From the human T2T-CHM13v2.0 reference genome, Homo sapiens, in NCBI RefSeq assembly GCF_009914755.1, contig NC_060934.1: a DNA stretch of 64,000 bases; one strand, given 5' to 3'. The first letter of the stretch is position 1. The number at the start of each line of letters is the position of its first letter. Below are positions 1-23,325 of this stretch, piece after piece. The translations under genes and the position numbers were made by a program. Below the pieces are notes generated by a model, which had not been told where the DNA came from, made no database searches, and saw only the letters and a program-made list of their open reading frames with translations.

Positions 1-3000
1 GACCCATGAATCCTGGCTATGGGAGAAACAGTACCATATATTGGATGCTGATTCAGAGCATACACAGCCTTCTGGAGAACTTTGCCTCAGCCTTGCAAAA
101 TATTGTCACCTAGTTGGTGTTATATTTGTGACTTCAAAAGGCCATTCCACTGTTCTGTCAATCCAGCTGCTTCAGGATGATGGGGAACATGGTTAGATGA
201 GTCAATTCCATGAGCATGAGCCCACTGCCGCACTTTTTTAGCCATAAAGTAAGCACCTTGGTTAGAGGACATGCTGTGTGGAATACTGTGATGGTGGATA
301 AGGCATTCTGTGAGTCCACAGATGGTAGTCTTGGCAGAAGCATTGTGTGCAGGATAGGCAAACCCATATCCAGAGTAAGTGTCTATTCTAATGACGACAA
401 ACCTCTGTCCATTCCATGATGGAAGAGGTCCAATATAATCAACCTGCCACCAGGTAGCTGGCTGATCACCCGAGGAATGGTGCCATATCAAGGGCTCAGT
501 GTTGGTCTCTGCTGCTAGCAAATAGGGCACTCATCAGTGACCATAGCCAGGTCAGCCTCGGTGAGTGGAAGTCCATGTTGCTGAGCCCATACATAACCTC
601 CACTCTTGCCACCATGGCCACTTTGTTCATGGGCCCATTAGGCGACGACAGGGGTGGCTGAGGAAAGAGGCTGAGTGCTGTCCACGGAACGGGTCATCCT
701 ATCCACTTGATTATTAAAATCCTCCTCTGCTGAGGTCACCTGTTGGTGAGCACTCACATGGGATACAAATATCTTCACAGTTTTTGACCACTGAGAGAGA
801 TCCATCCACACACCTCTTCCCCAAGTTTGTCACCAATTTTCCAGTAATGCTTCTTCCAAGTCCCTGACCATCCAGCCAAACCATTGGCTACAACCAATTA
901 ATCAATATATAATCGCACATGTGGCCATTTCTCCTTCCATGTAAAGTGCACAACCAGGTGCACTGCTCAACGTTCTGCCCACTGGGAAGATTTCCCTTCA
1001 CCGCTGTCCTTCAGAGATGTCCTAGAAAGGGGCTGTAGTGCTGCAGCTGTCCACTTTCAGGTGATGCCTGCATATCGTGCAGAATCATCTGTGAACCAGG
1101 CCCTAGTCCTCTTTTCCTCTGTTCACTGATCATAGGGAACTCCCCATGAGGCCATCGGTGCAGGCTGGGGGAGAGAAGGCATGGTGGCAGGAGTGGAGAC
1201 CATGGGCATTTGAGCCACTTCCTCATGTAACTCACTTGTGCCTTCAGGACCTGCTCGAGCCTGATCACATATATGCCACTTCCGTTTGATGATGGAATGC
1301 TGCTGCGCATGACCCACTTTATGGCTATATGAGTCAGAAAGCACCCAGTTCATAATAGGCAGTTCAGGTTGCCAGGTGACTTGATGACCCATAGTCAAAC
1401 CTTCAGTTTCCACCAGAGCCCAGTAATAGGCCAAGAACTGTCTCTCATAAGGAGAGTAGTTATCTGCAGAAGATGGCAGGGCCTTGCTCCAAAATCCTAG
1501 AAGCTTCCATTGTGATTCACCTATGGGGGCCTGCCAAAGGCTCCAAACAGCACCCTGTCTGTCACTGACACCTCCAGCACCATTGGATCTGTTGGGTCAT
1601 ATGGCTCAAGTGGCAGAGCAGCTTGCACAGCAGCCTGGACCTATTGCAGAGCATTCTTCTGTTCTGGACCCCACTCAAAACTGACAGCCTTTCGGGTCAC
1701 TTGATAAATGGGCTGGAGTAACACACCCAGATGAGGAATGCTTTGCCTCCAAAATCCAAATAGGCCTACTAGGCATTGTGCCTCTTTCTTGGTTGAAGGA
1801 GTGGTCAAATGCAGCAACTTATTCTTCACCTTAGAAGGAATATCTCAACAGGCCCCACACCACTGGACCCCTAGAAATTTTACTGAGGTAGAAGTTCCCT
1901 GAATTTAAGTCAGTTTTATTTCTCATCCTCTGGCACACAAATGTCTCACCAGTAAGTCCAGTGTGTTTGCTACTTCTTGCTCACTGGATCCAGTCAGCAT
2001 AATATCATCAATGTAATGGACCAGTGTGATATCTTGCGGCAGCGAAAAGTGATCAAGGTGTCTCCAAATAAGAAAAAGCGATCAAGGTGCTTCCGAATAA
2101 GATTATGACACAAAGCCAGAGAATTGATATACCCTGGAGGTAGGACAGTAAAGGTATATTGCTGGCCTTGCCAGCTGAAGGCAAATTGCTTCTGGTGGGC
2201 CTTATGGACAGGAATGGAGGAAAAGACATTTGCCAAGACAATGGCTGCATACCACCTACCAGGAAATGTGCTAATTTGCTCAAGCAATGAAACCACATCT
2301 GGTACAGCAGCTGCAATTGGAGTCACCACTTTGTTAAGCTTACAATAATCCATGGTCATTCTCCAAGATCTGTCATCTGCACAGGCTAAATGGGAGAGCT
2401 GAATGGGGATGTGGTGGGAATCACCACCCCAGCGTCTTTCAAGTCCTTGGTAGTAGCACTAATCTCCACAGTCTCTCCAGGGATGTGATATTGTTTTTGA
2501 TTTACTATTTTTCTAGGTAAAGGCAGCTCTAATGGCTTTCATTTGGCCTTTACCACCATAATAGCCCTTATCCTACCAGTCAGGGAGCCAATATGGGAGT
2601 TCTGCCAGCTGCTAAGTATGTCTATGCCAATTATGCATTCTGGCACTCAGGAATGACCACAGGGTAAGTCCGGGGACCCACTGGACCCACTGTAAGTTGG
2701 GCCTGAGCTAAAATTTCATTAATTACCTGATCTCTATAAGCCCCTACTTTAACTGTAGGACCAGTGATGTTTTGGGTCCCCTGGAATCGTTAGCTCAGAG
2801 CCAGTGTCCAGCAGTCCCCGAAATGTCTGATCATTTCACTTTCCCCAGTGCACAGTTACCCTGGTAAAAGGTTGGAGGTCTCCTTGTGGAAGGATGGGAG
2901 AAAGAGTCACTATGTAAATTGTCGGTAATGTAGTAGGGTTCTTCCTCAAGGGGACCTGGTCTCCCCTTCATTCAAGGAGTTCTGGATCTGTAAACTGGCT

Positions 3001-3030
3001 CAAGTCTGGAAATTGATTGAGGGGTTGTGA

Positions 3031-3352
<322 letters not shown>

Positions 3353-4515
3353 TGATTCTCTGTTTTTATAATTCAAATTAGACTTTTGTCCCTTCGACTT
3401 AGAAATTTTCTGCTTATATAAATTAAGTAGGAATGCAGTAGGCTTCCTATCACTTTCACTTGTAGGAACACCATGATTAGCCAATGCTAGAGCTCTACAT
3501 TAGTCAGGATCTTCTGATTGCCACTTTGCCTCTGCTGTCCATCAGAGTAGCCACGCCCACCTTGCCTTTGATGGTTGAGTGCTGCCACTTGGCCCCTGCC
3601 ACCTTGGGATCCAATTATTCCCATTATATTTAAATTTTGTAGTTGAGTGTCTGCAGTTCCCACTGTTAGATCTGACATACAGAGAAGAGCAATTAGAGGG
3701 CTCTTCAAAGATGCAGGTGTTGCCCTCACAAATCTGTTTCACAAGGCATTGGTCAAGGGTATATCTTCTGGGCCCTCCCAGCTGGGATGAGTAGGTCTAA
3801 AGTGACTAATCCACTCCACCATCCCAATCTCCCTAAGCCTTTGTATCCCTTCCTCTACATTAAACCAAGGGAGATGAGGCATATCCAGCTTGCTCACAGT
3901 GGATCATCTTCTTATCTGTATTTTAGCTAACCAAGCAAATAAACTCTTAGAACCTTTTTTAACTACCCAAGTGGCAACATTGAATGCAGAGTCCGTACTT
4001 AGTGGACTCAAATCAATAAATTCAGCCTGATCAAACTTTATGTTCTTTCCACCATTATCCCACACCCTTAATATCCATTCCCATGCCTGTTCTGCAGATT
4101 TATTTATATGAATTAGAAAACTCAAGCAGTTCCTTTTGAGTGTAGTGCATACTCTCAACCTCACCTCTAGGGGCCTGTTGGGACTTTAGTTATAGGTCTA
4201 GAAGCAAACGGGTGTTGGGGGTGGCTCCTGAGGAAAATCAACATTATCTTGCCTGGCAACCATCACCATTGCCTCAGGCAGCACAGGGTTTATCTCCTCA
4301 GACAAAGGTGGAAAGGCTGATGGCAGCATGGGTCAGGGAGGGGATGTTGCCACTACCAGGGATGGGGAAGCTGTTTCTTCTGGCAAAAAAGATTCATCAG
4401 AGTTTACAAACTCAGTGTCCTCAGCTTCATCAGGGTCCTCCCACACATCACCATTCCAAGTTGCAGGTCCTATTCTTTTCCAATCAATGCCCTTACTTTT
4501 GCAATAGATACCTAG

Positions 4516-4994
<479 letters not shown>

Positions 4995-5340
4995 AGTTCA
5001 TCATTTTCTTTCACCACTTTGTCCACTGAATGTAGGAGCAACCAACCAGCTTCATTATGTTCCTTGGTTCTCCACATATGGTCAAAGGTATATATAGGGT
5101 TACTAAACTCCTTGCCTGTCATGAGCAATGAATCAGGAGTGTCAAATGCGTTTATTTTGCATAACTATCTAAACAGTTCATGCCAAGGACTATCAGTGTT
5201 TTTCATACTATTAGAAGTAGAGTCCTTGGCATTTTTGGGTCTAATCATAGCAAGCAGCTAACTCCAGAAACTCCAAAACCAATGAAAGACCTTCATACTT
5301 AATATTCTCTTCCTCTAGAACAACTCCTGGTACCAAAATC

Positions 5341-5793
5341 TGTATTACGGTTCTCTAGAGGGACAGAACTCTAATGGAATATGTGTATTTGTGTGTGTGT
5401 ACACATATATATGTATAGAGGGGTTTATTAAGTCTTAACTCACATCATCACGAGGTCCCACAACAGGCTGTCTGCATGCTGAGGGGCAAGGAGAGCCAGT
5501 CCAAATTGCAAAACTGAAGAGTCTGATGTTTGAGGGCAGGAAGCATCCAGCACGGGAGAAAGATGTAGGCTGGGAGGCTAGGCCAGTCTTTTTCACATTT
5601 TTCTGCCTGCTTATATTCTAGTCATGCTGGCAGCTGATTAGATTGTGCCCCACCCAGATTAAAGGTGTGTCTGCCTTTCCCAGCCCACTGACTCAAATGT
5701 TAGCCTCCTTTGGCAACACACTCACTGATACACTCAGGATCAATACTTTGTATCCTTCAATCCAATCGTTGACACCTGGTATTAACCATCACA
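5341..5793 (-). mobile_element. MLT2A-type 5' LTR of HERV-L
   Basis: The - strand starts TGTGATGGTTAATAC and ends TAATACA. It is followed by GATTTTGGTACCAGGAG, an ERVL PBS-like sequence, and contains an internal (TG/TA)n tract. Confidence 0.9.
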
Positions 5794-7400
5794 TGGCTAA
5801 TATGCCCTGTTCAGAGCCTATTTCAACAGCCTCTAGGCTGTAGTTTTCCTTCATCTCTAAAGGGACACAGTATGCCTCTACCAGGTTATCCATGGGGTAC
5901 CGTAGCAGCCTTGTCATCACATAGTCTTTGTAGGCAAGATCTCAACTGCGTCCAAATTTCTCTAAGAGGACAACTATCATATTACATTGATGACATCTTC
6001 TGAGAAGATACTTTTGACACACTAATTCAGGACATACAAGTACTGAAAAAGGAGCACACAAAAAGTGGTCTCCACACGTTGTGTGAGGGGTCTTGCCACC
6101 TCTGTTAAATTCCTGAAAGTTATTTGGTAATCTGAGGGCCATTTCATCCCTGACACCATCAAGAAACAGCTATTGACTTTCTCAGTACACACAATGTTAA
6201 TACAAATATCTTTCAGTCCTCTTTGAGATCTAGAGGTGACATATTCCTCATTTACAAGTTTTACTTAATTTCACTGATGCTGTTACTTGCAAGTTGGCCC
6301 ACCTTGGATGGATTCCCTTCAACAAAAGGCTTTAGAATCTGTCCACATTGCAATATGACAGGAATCCCATGAGTCTCCTCAAAGACTCCTTTACCATAGG
6401 GGCTTTAGCAGCCTTCTCTCATAACTCATGGTGGCCACAAATTGCCCATGAGCCCCTGACGCAAGAAACTGCCCTCTTTGACATTGCACTGTACATCATT
6501 AGAGCAGCAACTGTTGGTCACATACTGGGGTCTCTTGGAAATAGAGGCTTTTACAGGTCCTGAGCTTGTGACCCTCCATACCAGCTGCCCATTGTTCCTT
6601 GGGTCACAGAAGCAGGGCGCTGCAAGTTTGGCACAGCTACCAAAACCTCCTTGATGTAGGATGGAGCCACACCCGAGCCCTCTGGCATACTCCATCTGTG
6701 GGAGGGGTGGCTTTCTTTGTTCTCAGTTTCTTGGCAAATACCATGGTACTGGAGGAGGTCCTTGGCTACCTGAGGATCCCTGTGAGATTAACTGAACAGA
6801 AATAGGAGTTTCTAGACTATACATGCTGGAGCTCGGTGGAATGTTGCTGCTTTCCATCCTTTATTCAGGATGCTCCTGACCAAGGGTCAGCACCAGTGGC
6901 CACTTTCAGGCAGTCGTCCTAGCACTGGATGTCCTAAACCTGGCCAAAAAATGATACTCTCACTACATTTTTAGGCCATTGCCTAAGAGTTGCCCCCTTT
7001 GGGGTAAAGATCTCTGGGAATCTCTTGCCTCACAGATACCCAGAATAAAAATCAAAGTAACAGGTGTCAAGGCCACAATACAGGACCTCACCTGAACACA
7101 CCTTTCTGACCAGACATTACTGATAGTGACCAAGGCACTTCGCAGAATACACAGTGGTGAGCTTTTGGAAAAGGCATTCAATGAAAGTTCTACCTCCCAT
7201 CTAGGCCCCAAGCAGCTGGTTTAGTTGGGAGTTCTCTGATTTAAGTTACAAAGGAGCAAATGGATACCCCGCCGTGTATCACTATTGCTACAGACATTGA
7301 CTGAATTTATGTCCCCTAGGTATAGCACTTCATATGCCAGTGCCACACAGGTTCCCAGACTGTCTTCATTGGCCATAAAGGGGGACACCTCTAAAGTTTA
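5794..7400 (+). mobile_element. Older, highly degraded ERVL-class pol fragment in the opposite orientation
   Basis: TAT TAC ATT GAT GAC ATC TTC = YYIDDIF (RT catalytic motif) at 5980-6000, a VKFL motif near 6104 and HIPHL near 6239. The 3' boundary is uncertain. Confidence 0.65.
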
Positions 7401-8002
7401 TGTTTTTGATGACCATCTTGCCATATTGCCCCTTTCTGATGCCCCTTTTGATGACCATCTTGCCATATTGCCCCTTATCTATCAAGATTGATAAGCACTC
7501 AATCTTGAAGTGCTTATCCACCTCTTGTCTGCCCTGCTCAGACCATCATACTCTGTTTCTGGCATGAAGCCTGGCACACAATTGTCCCATAATAACATAT
7601 CTATTAGATGGATGGATGGCGATTCCCAGGGCTCTTCTATGCATCTTCAAAAACTACCCTATGGACCTTCTGTTCTCTCTTACAGCAATTCTCTCAAAAC
7701 ATTATTCACAACTCTCTTATACATTCTCAAGACTTAAAGCTTGTGATTCTCAAATTTTATCACTCTCTCACTTGTCCCGTTTGCTCTAGACTCCTACAGT
7801 ATTTTACCTACTTACGTTAAATTCTTCTTGGGTTTTAATTCTAACTTTCTCAATACAGCAAAAGCTAAAAAGTAAAATTATATCTCACAAATTTAAAATT
7901 TTCACTTCATATTTTTAATTCATCACTTGACATTTTTAATTCATTAGGTCTACTATAACTGACAAAAATGAAACCACTTTAAATCTTCTAGCTCTCTCAA
8001 AA

Positions 8003-8121
8003 ATTTTTTTTTTGAGATGGGGTCTTGCTGTGCTGCCCAGGCTGGTCCTGGACTCCTGGGCTCAAATGTTTCTTCTGCCTCAGTCTCCTGAGTGGCTGGG
8101 ATTACAAGTGTGAGCCACCAT
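8003..8121 (-). mobile_element. Alu monomer (FLAM/AluJ fragment)
   Basis: Poly-T followed by a left-arm-like sequence. Confidence 0.8.
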
Positions 8122-8383
8122 ACATTATCACACTCTTACTGTTGTTTTGCAGTTCTTGTTTCACTTTTATAAAGTGTCTTCAAAATACCTTCTTATTCTT
8201 ACTTTCTACTGACATCACCCACAAGCAGATCCATATATTTGTTATGATCTTGCTCTGATTAATCTAATTCATGATAGAATTAGACTTAAAATGTAAAACT
8301 TCAAACTTCTGATTTACCTTGTTACTAGCCTGGCAGGATAAATCTATGATTTCTCTCCTCTTACCTAACACCTAAAATGTAAG

Positions 8384-8678
8384 TTTTTTTTTTTTTTTTG
8401 AGATGGAGTCTTGCTCTGTTGCCCAGGCCAGATTGCACTGGTGCGATCTTGGCTCACTAGAAGCTCCACCTCCCAGGTTCAGGCATTTCTTCTGCCTCAG
8501 CCTCCCAAGCAGCTGGTACTACAGGTGCCCGCCACCACACCCAGCTAAGTTTTGTATTTTTAGTAGAAACGGAGTTTTACCATATTGGCCAGGCTGGTCT
8601 CGAACACCTGACCTTGTGATCCGCCTATCTTGGCCTCCCAAAGTGCTGGGATTACAGCGTGAGCCACTGTGCCTGGCC
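8384..8678 (-). mobile_element. AluS
   Basis: Full dimer; TAAAATGT on both flanks. Confidence 0.93.
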
Positions 8679-9998
8679 TAAAATGTTAGTTCTTTAACAA
8701 GCCTCACGTGTGGCCACATTTAGCCTGACCAAATTTATTTTTCTCTGTTGCCCCAAACCCTGCCTAACTCCATTTGGTAAAGTCACCTAGATGTCTTTCA
8801 AACATGTAGTGCTCCTTATCTTGTTTGCCCTTTTCATTCTAGTGTGTATCTTTCCTGTCCAGATGGTTAAATGAATGAATAAGTGAAAAGTGGTTAAAGC
8901 AGTACCTTGCATATATAATAAAGTCTTATTGCTGTTGTTCTTGTTACATACATTTTAGGTTACAGCTGAAGTTTGCTATTTTTTTGTGTGAAATATCCAT
9001 TAGCTGCATTATTCATGTACACAAAATGACTGTATGTTAATCTAATATTAGACTATCTAATACCTGATTATCTGATACCTGACCAGATTAAGTTCTTGAC
9101 TAGTTTTTTTTTCCACTTAAATTTTTCTACCCCCAGAGAGAAAGATCCCTCTTTTACTCTTCCTTCCTTTACTAGGTAAGATGCAGTAGATATTTCTTTG
9201 TTGATTGTATGGCCTGGGTTGTGAGTACTCTTTTACATTTATTCACACAGAAAACCAAGGAACTCTTTTTAAGTAGATATGCTAAGGTGAATATATTCAG
9301 CTTGATTATTGGGTGTAAATTGGCAAGAAGTTTAAGGTTTGTGTTTTGAAATAGCTTTCCAAGAAATTGTGATGCATGCAACTTACTAGTATGTGTCCAC
9401 TGATTTACTACTCATTCAGATAATTTAAAAGAAATCGGAGATAGAGCAACACTGCTAGGACCTTAGGGTGCATTTGTGGCAAAAGAACAAAACCAGCATG
9501 AAAATATTTTAAAGTTAAACAGTTAGAAAGAAATATTTGTTATAGAGCAGTGCCATACAAAGTGATAAAGTTAATATCACCACCTTTTAACTGTAAAGAT
9601 TTATGAAGATTTTTTGGGATATTATGGGATAATAGCTATTTCTTGAAGGCATCCAGCTGCTGAGTAGGCTAACATTGAAAGGCCCAGTACCCAAGTGGAT
9701 GCTTATAACGCAGGTCTGTGGTTGGGGATGAGCAATTATGGAGGAAAGATGGTTTGGATTGTGGACAGCAGAGGATGGTGACTGTGGTAATAAGGAGTGA
9801 CAGTTGCCAATAGCAAATAGAATCCATTTGTCAGATCTGGTCTGTGAGTGTCGACTTTATCTGTTTTGTTTCTTAGTCCTTTGGGACACTAGGCTCAGGG
9901 ATGTGGTAGGTTTTTGACCATAGTATTGTTAATATTGTGTTGAATCTGGGTAAGAACAGGGTGATAGTTGTCAGAGGAAGCTTCATAATAAAAAGATA

Positions 9999-10634
9999 TG
10001 GTTGATTATCATGATTCATGGTATTCATGTTCTGGAAAGTTACCACAAGCACTGAATTAATGAATATTGAATCATTGCTCCCAGATGAAATACAGGGTTA
10101 GTTCCTGCCAGCCTCTGCCCACATTTTTGTTAGCTAATCCATACATAATCCTTTTTAATATGGGTTTATTTTTAAAAATATACCCATATATATAGCTGAT
10201 TTATTAATATTGAATTTATGGCCAATGGCACTACATCTCATGAATAAAGCTAATTTAACACACATATATTCTCCACAGGCACATCACAGCTTTCTTGCAC
10301 TTAGGAACACGAGAGACAGTACTTCAGTCCTACACTAGCGGACTATTTTAAACAGTGAAATCACCAGCAAAACCCACAAAACTGAAAAATGTGGCACTAA
10401 CAGTACCAGGGACGGGCACTTGTTTATAGTATGAGAACTGAAACAAGAAGCTAGAGCATGGCCTTGTTCAGTTTCACCTGGGAATATGTGTGCTGGGTGA
10501 CTGAAGTTTTTAAGTGCTCAGTGCATGTTCTTGACAATGAAAGCACCAAGAGTCTTGATTTTGGGTTTACAAATAAGTTTTAATGAGTAGATGAATTTGT
10601 TGTCACAAAATCCATGAATAATGAGGATTAACTG
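9999..10634 (-). mobile_element. MER82-like non-autonomous TcMar-Tigger DNA transposon
   Basis: Imperfect terminal inverted repeats (GTTGATTATCATGATTCATGG / CCATGAATAATGAGGATTAAC) with TA flanks; resembles the MER82 consensus as I recall it. Confidence 0.7.
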
Positions 10635-10740
10635 TATGAAGATCAGTAAAGATTCTAAGATTAGGTTGAAAACTATGGTCTTTAAAGCTCACACTGGAAA
10701 GAGAAACCAGACATGCTGAAATAAATAAATGGTTAAAAAA

Positions 10741-10805
10741 TTATATATGTATATTCATATATGTAATATACACACACATATATATTATATATTATATGTA
10801 TATGA
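10741..10805. repeat. (TA)n/(CA)n imperfect microsatellite
   Basis: Directly visible. Confidence 0.85.
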
Positions 10806-11150
10806 AAAGTAAAGGATGACTTTATATATACAAAAATAGGGTTGTGTGAGGTACAAGACTGTTTATGAAATAAATTGATAAATAGGGAAATTTTATGATT
10901 TGATGGCTATGACAGCTTCATTAATGACAACTGTGGTAGAAGAAAATGAAGATACAACAGCAGAATAAAACTACATACCTGATCTTGTTTCCATAGCCTA
11001 CATGTATGCTTTCTCTGGACATTGGCTTTTGGTGTGAATCAGCTAGAGTAAGAATTACTGTCTGGGCAATAGGAGTTTTCTTTTGCACATGGAAAATTAT
11101 TGCTGTCTGAAATTGTAATTTGGTGTTGATGAGTGGAAGAGAAAAGAAGA

Positions 11151-11713
<563 letters not shown>

Positions 11714-12156
11714 TTAGTGAGTATTTTACAGCAGGAGATAAAAACCTACATTTGCCTCCTCCAAACTTAATTTTTCCTTTGCTGTCGCCCCTCAAACACT
11801 ATCACCTGATTTTTTTTCTGGCAATTTTACCTACTATTCAATGCTTTCGATGATTCCCCTTCATGCCTCTACCATTCATCCTAAAATACCATTTGTTGTA
11901 TTTGTTTATTCCACTTTATCCAGTTTTGAAGGTCACATTTCTAAAGTGCCAGATTACTGTGTTTTTATTTGCAGATTCCTCTCCTTTTTTCATATTCAGT
12001 TTGTTTTGTCTAATCCTAAGGGAGTGAGATGTATGCCTTCAGGATTACTTTCAGACCAGATGCCTGGGCTATCCTAGAGCATTTGCATGTTACATCCCCT
12101 TTCCATATGAAATGTGTTAATATTTATAAGATATGGTAAACTATTCTCATTTCTAG

Positions 12157-14160
<2,004 letters not shown>

Positions 14161-14877
14161 AATCTGAGAAAGTATAGAGAGAAGTCCCTGTTAGCATCTT
14201 CTGAAAGTCCAGAAACCTTTTCTTACTTAACCTACTCAGTTTACATTAAAAACAGTGAAGGGGAGAAACTTTGTAAGTATGAGAAATATTTTGCCCAGAA
14301 ATAAAGGGCCATCTTAGTGAGCAGCAGATATTTGATATTTGAAACATCTTACGAATATTTTGAATAAGTTGTAACTTTGAAAATGATTCATTTTTGGTTA
14401 TACATGAGAGATTTTAGCTCACTGGAAATGTCAGTTTGGTAATTGAGACTAAAAACTTCCTTTAGAAATATTATACTAAAATTCTTGTTTCTGATATACC
14501 AAAATTTTATTGAAAATATTCAGTTACAGACATACTGTGTACTAGGAATCTAACTTCAAAAAGCACAATTAGGTCGAATAGTCATAAATACACCAAATAC
14601 AAATGCAAAGTGTCATAATGTTGTGTGAGTGTGCTTTATTTTTATTTTTTATTTCATTTTATTTTATTTTCTGTGTTCCGTAAAACTTTACTTACTCAAG
14701 TCCAACAGAGCTTAAAGGTTAAAAAAAAAGTACTTACAAAGACAGGCAGCGGGCTGGACTTGGCCTACAGCCACTAATTTGCTGACCTCTGTGCTAAAAT
14801 CAAGGTGCTGCTAATGCAATCAATACTTTTTAACAGCACCTTACATGCACGCCATTATCCTTCAAAGGCAGACATTT

Positions 14878-15180
14878 GGCTGGGCGCCGTGGCTCACGCC
14901 TGTAATCCCAGCACTTTGGGAGGCCGAGGTGGGCAGATCACGAGGTCAGGATATCGAGACCATTCTGGTTAACACGGTGAAACCCTGTCTCTACTAAAAG
15001 TACAAAAAAAATTAGCCAGGCGTGGTGGCGGGTCCCTGTAGTCCCAGCTACTCAGGAGGCTGAGGCAGGAGAATGGCGTGAACCTGGGAGGCGGAGCTTG
15101 CAGTGAGCCGAGATCGCTCTGCTGCACTCCAGCCTGGGCGACAGAGTGAGACTCTGTCTCAAAAAAAAAAAAAAAAAAAA
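14878..15180 (+). mobile_element. AluY
   Basis: CpG-rich full dimer, long A tail, TSD AAAGGCAGAC. Confidence 0.95.
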
Positions 15181-16082
15181 GGCAGACCTTTATGCTACAT
15201 GCTTTCATTTTGATTTTTCAAATGTTCAGTTTGCAACTTACAATACAAGCGCTGTAAGGGAATAATATCTTGTGGGACTCAATACAGAACTTCAATGTCA
15301 AAGCAATTTTTCATTGTGTTAAAGCACAGAAGTGTGAATAAGGCCAGTATAATGGGAAGAAATAATTCTACCCAAATACATCCTATAGTAATAAATCTGC
15401 AATCAAGAAATCCACTTGGGTGTTGGAGTAAATGGCCTTGAACAGAAAGAACTAGTATCTAGGAAATGCATAATCATATAAATAAAAATTTCCAAAATAA
15501 AGCAAAAGGTTACATTTCTAAGCCTTAAAGTATTTTTCTTTCTTCACACTTGAATTTTTATTCTAAGTGACTGAACAAAAAATACACCATCAAGATGAAA
15601 AGGCAATTCAGAAAAGAAATACAAGCACCTAGCAAATAAGTGTAAATATATGCAATCTCCAAAAAAAGTAAATTATAACCAGAAGAAAGAATCGGTTAAA
15701 AAAAATTAGGGTGCATATAATTTGCATTCGAAGCTTTCCCTTACAAGCCTGAATCCTCAGTACCAGATCTTAATCTTCTATATCTCAGGTCAGCCCCTCC
15801 AAATATAGCTGCCTCATCAGATATTTCAGTTTAGATCTGGCCAGATGATCAGGCTATTCCCCTAACTAGTGTGGGCCACAAAAGACTCAAGTGACATTGA
15901 GAAAAATCAGAGAAGATGAACCAGGCTTGGTAGCTCATGCCTGTAATTATCTGGAGGCTGACTGGGGAGGATTGCTCGAGCCTGGGAGTTCAAAGCCATC
16001 CTGGGCTCACAAAAAAATGGTGGGGGGCAGGTGGGAATTTTGATGCTTAAATTCCTTGGTTCCTTCTGTAGTGGATTTCTTC

Positions 16083-22523
<6,441 letters not shown>

Positions 22524-22780
22524 CAATGCCCTCTGCGAGTGTGCTTTATAAGAGAAAGATTATATGTGTTGATTTTGTCACAGGAACTCATCATAATCTT
22601 ATGTAAATGTGCCCTTAATTTAATAATTTTAATGATGTGTTTAAAATTTCCCACACTTAATGTTTTTCTTTTTATAGCTATAAGAAAAAATGTATATTTT
22701 AAATAAAATATTTGTAGAGAGTAAATTGATGTGTTGAAATCTTGTTACATTCTACTCATACATAAATAAGTGTTAGCATT

Positions 22781-23149
22781 TGATATGGTTTGGCTCTGTG
22801 TGCCCACACAAATCTCATGTTGAATTGTAATCCCCATGTGTCAGGGGAGGGGCCGGGTGGGAGGTGATTAGATCATGGGGGTGGAGTTCCTCCTTGCCGT
22901 TCTTGTGATAGTGAGTTCTCATGAGATCTGATAGTTTAAAAGTGTAGCACTTACCCCTTTTCTCTGTCTCTCCTGCTCTGCCATGGTAAGATGTGCCTTG
23001 CTTCCCCTTCACTTTCAGCCATGATTGTAAGTTTCCTTAGGCATCCTCAGCCATGTGGGACAGGAGTGTGCGTCAATTAAACCTCTTTTCTTTATAAATT
23101 ACCCAGTCTCATATAGTTCTTTATACCAGCGTGATAATGGACTAATACA
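22781..23149 (+). mobile_element. Solo MaLR LTR (THE1D/MSTA-like)
   Basis: TGATATGGTTTGGCTCTGTG...GGACTAATACA; 5-bp flanks GCATT/CCATT. Confidence 0.88.
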
Positions 23150-23190
23150 CCATTATTACTAAACTACTTACCCGGTAAGGAATCCAGAGA

Positions 23191-23325
23191 GGCCAGACAT
23201 GGTGGCTCATGCCTGTATTCCCAGCACCTTGGGAGACGAAGGCACCAAGGCAGGAGGATTGCTTGAGCCCAGGATTTTGAGACCAGCCTAGGCAACATGA
23301 TGAGACCCTGTCTCTATATTAAAAA
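23191..23325 (+). mobile_element. Alu monomer (FLAM-like)
   Basis: Single left arm. Confidence 0.8.
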
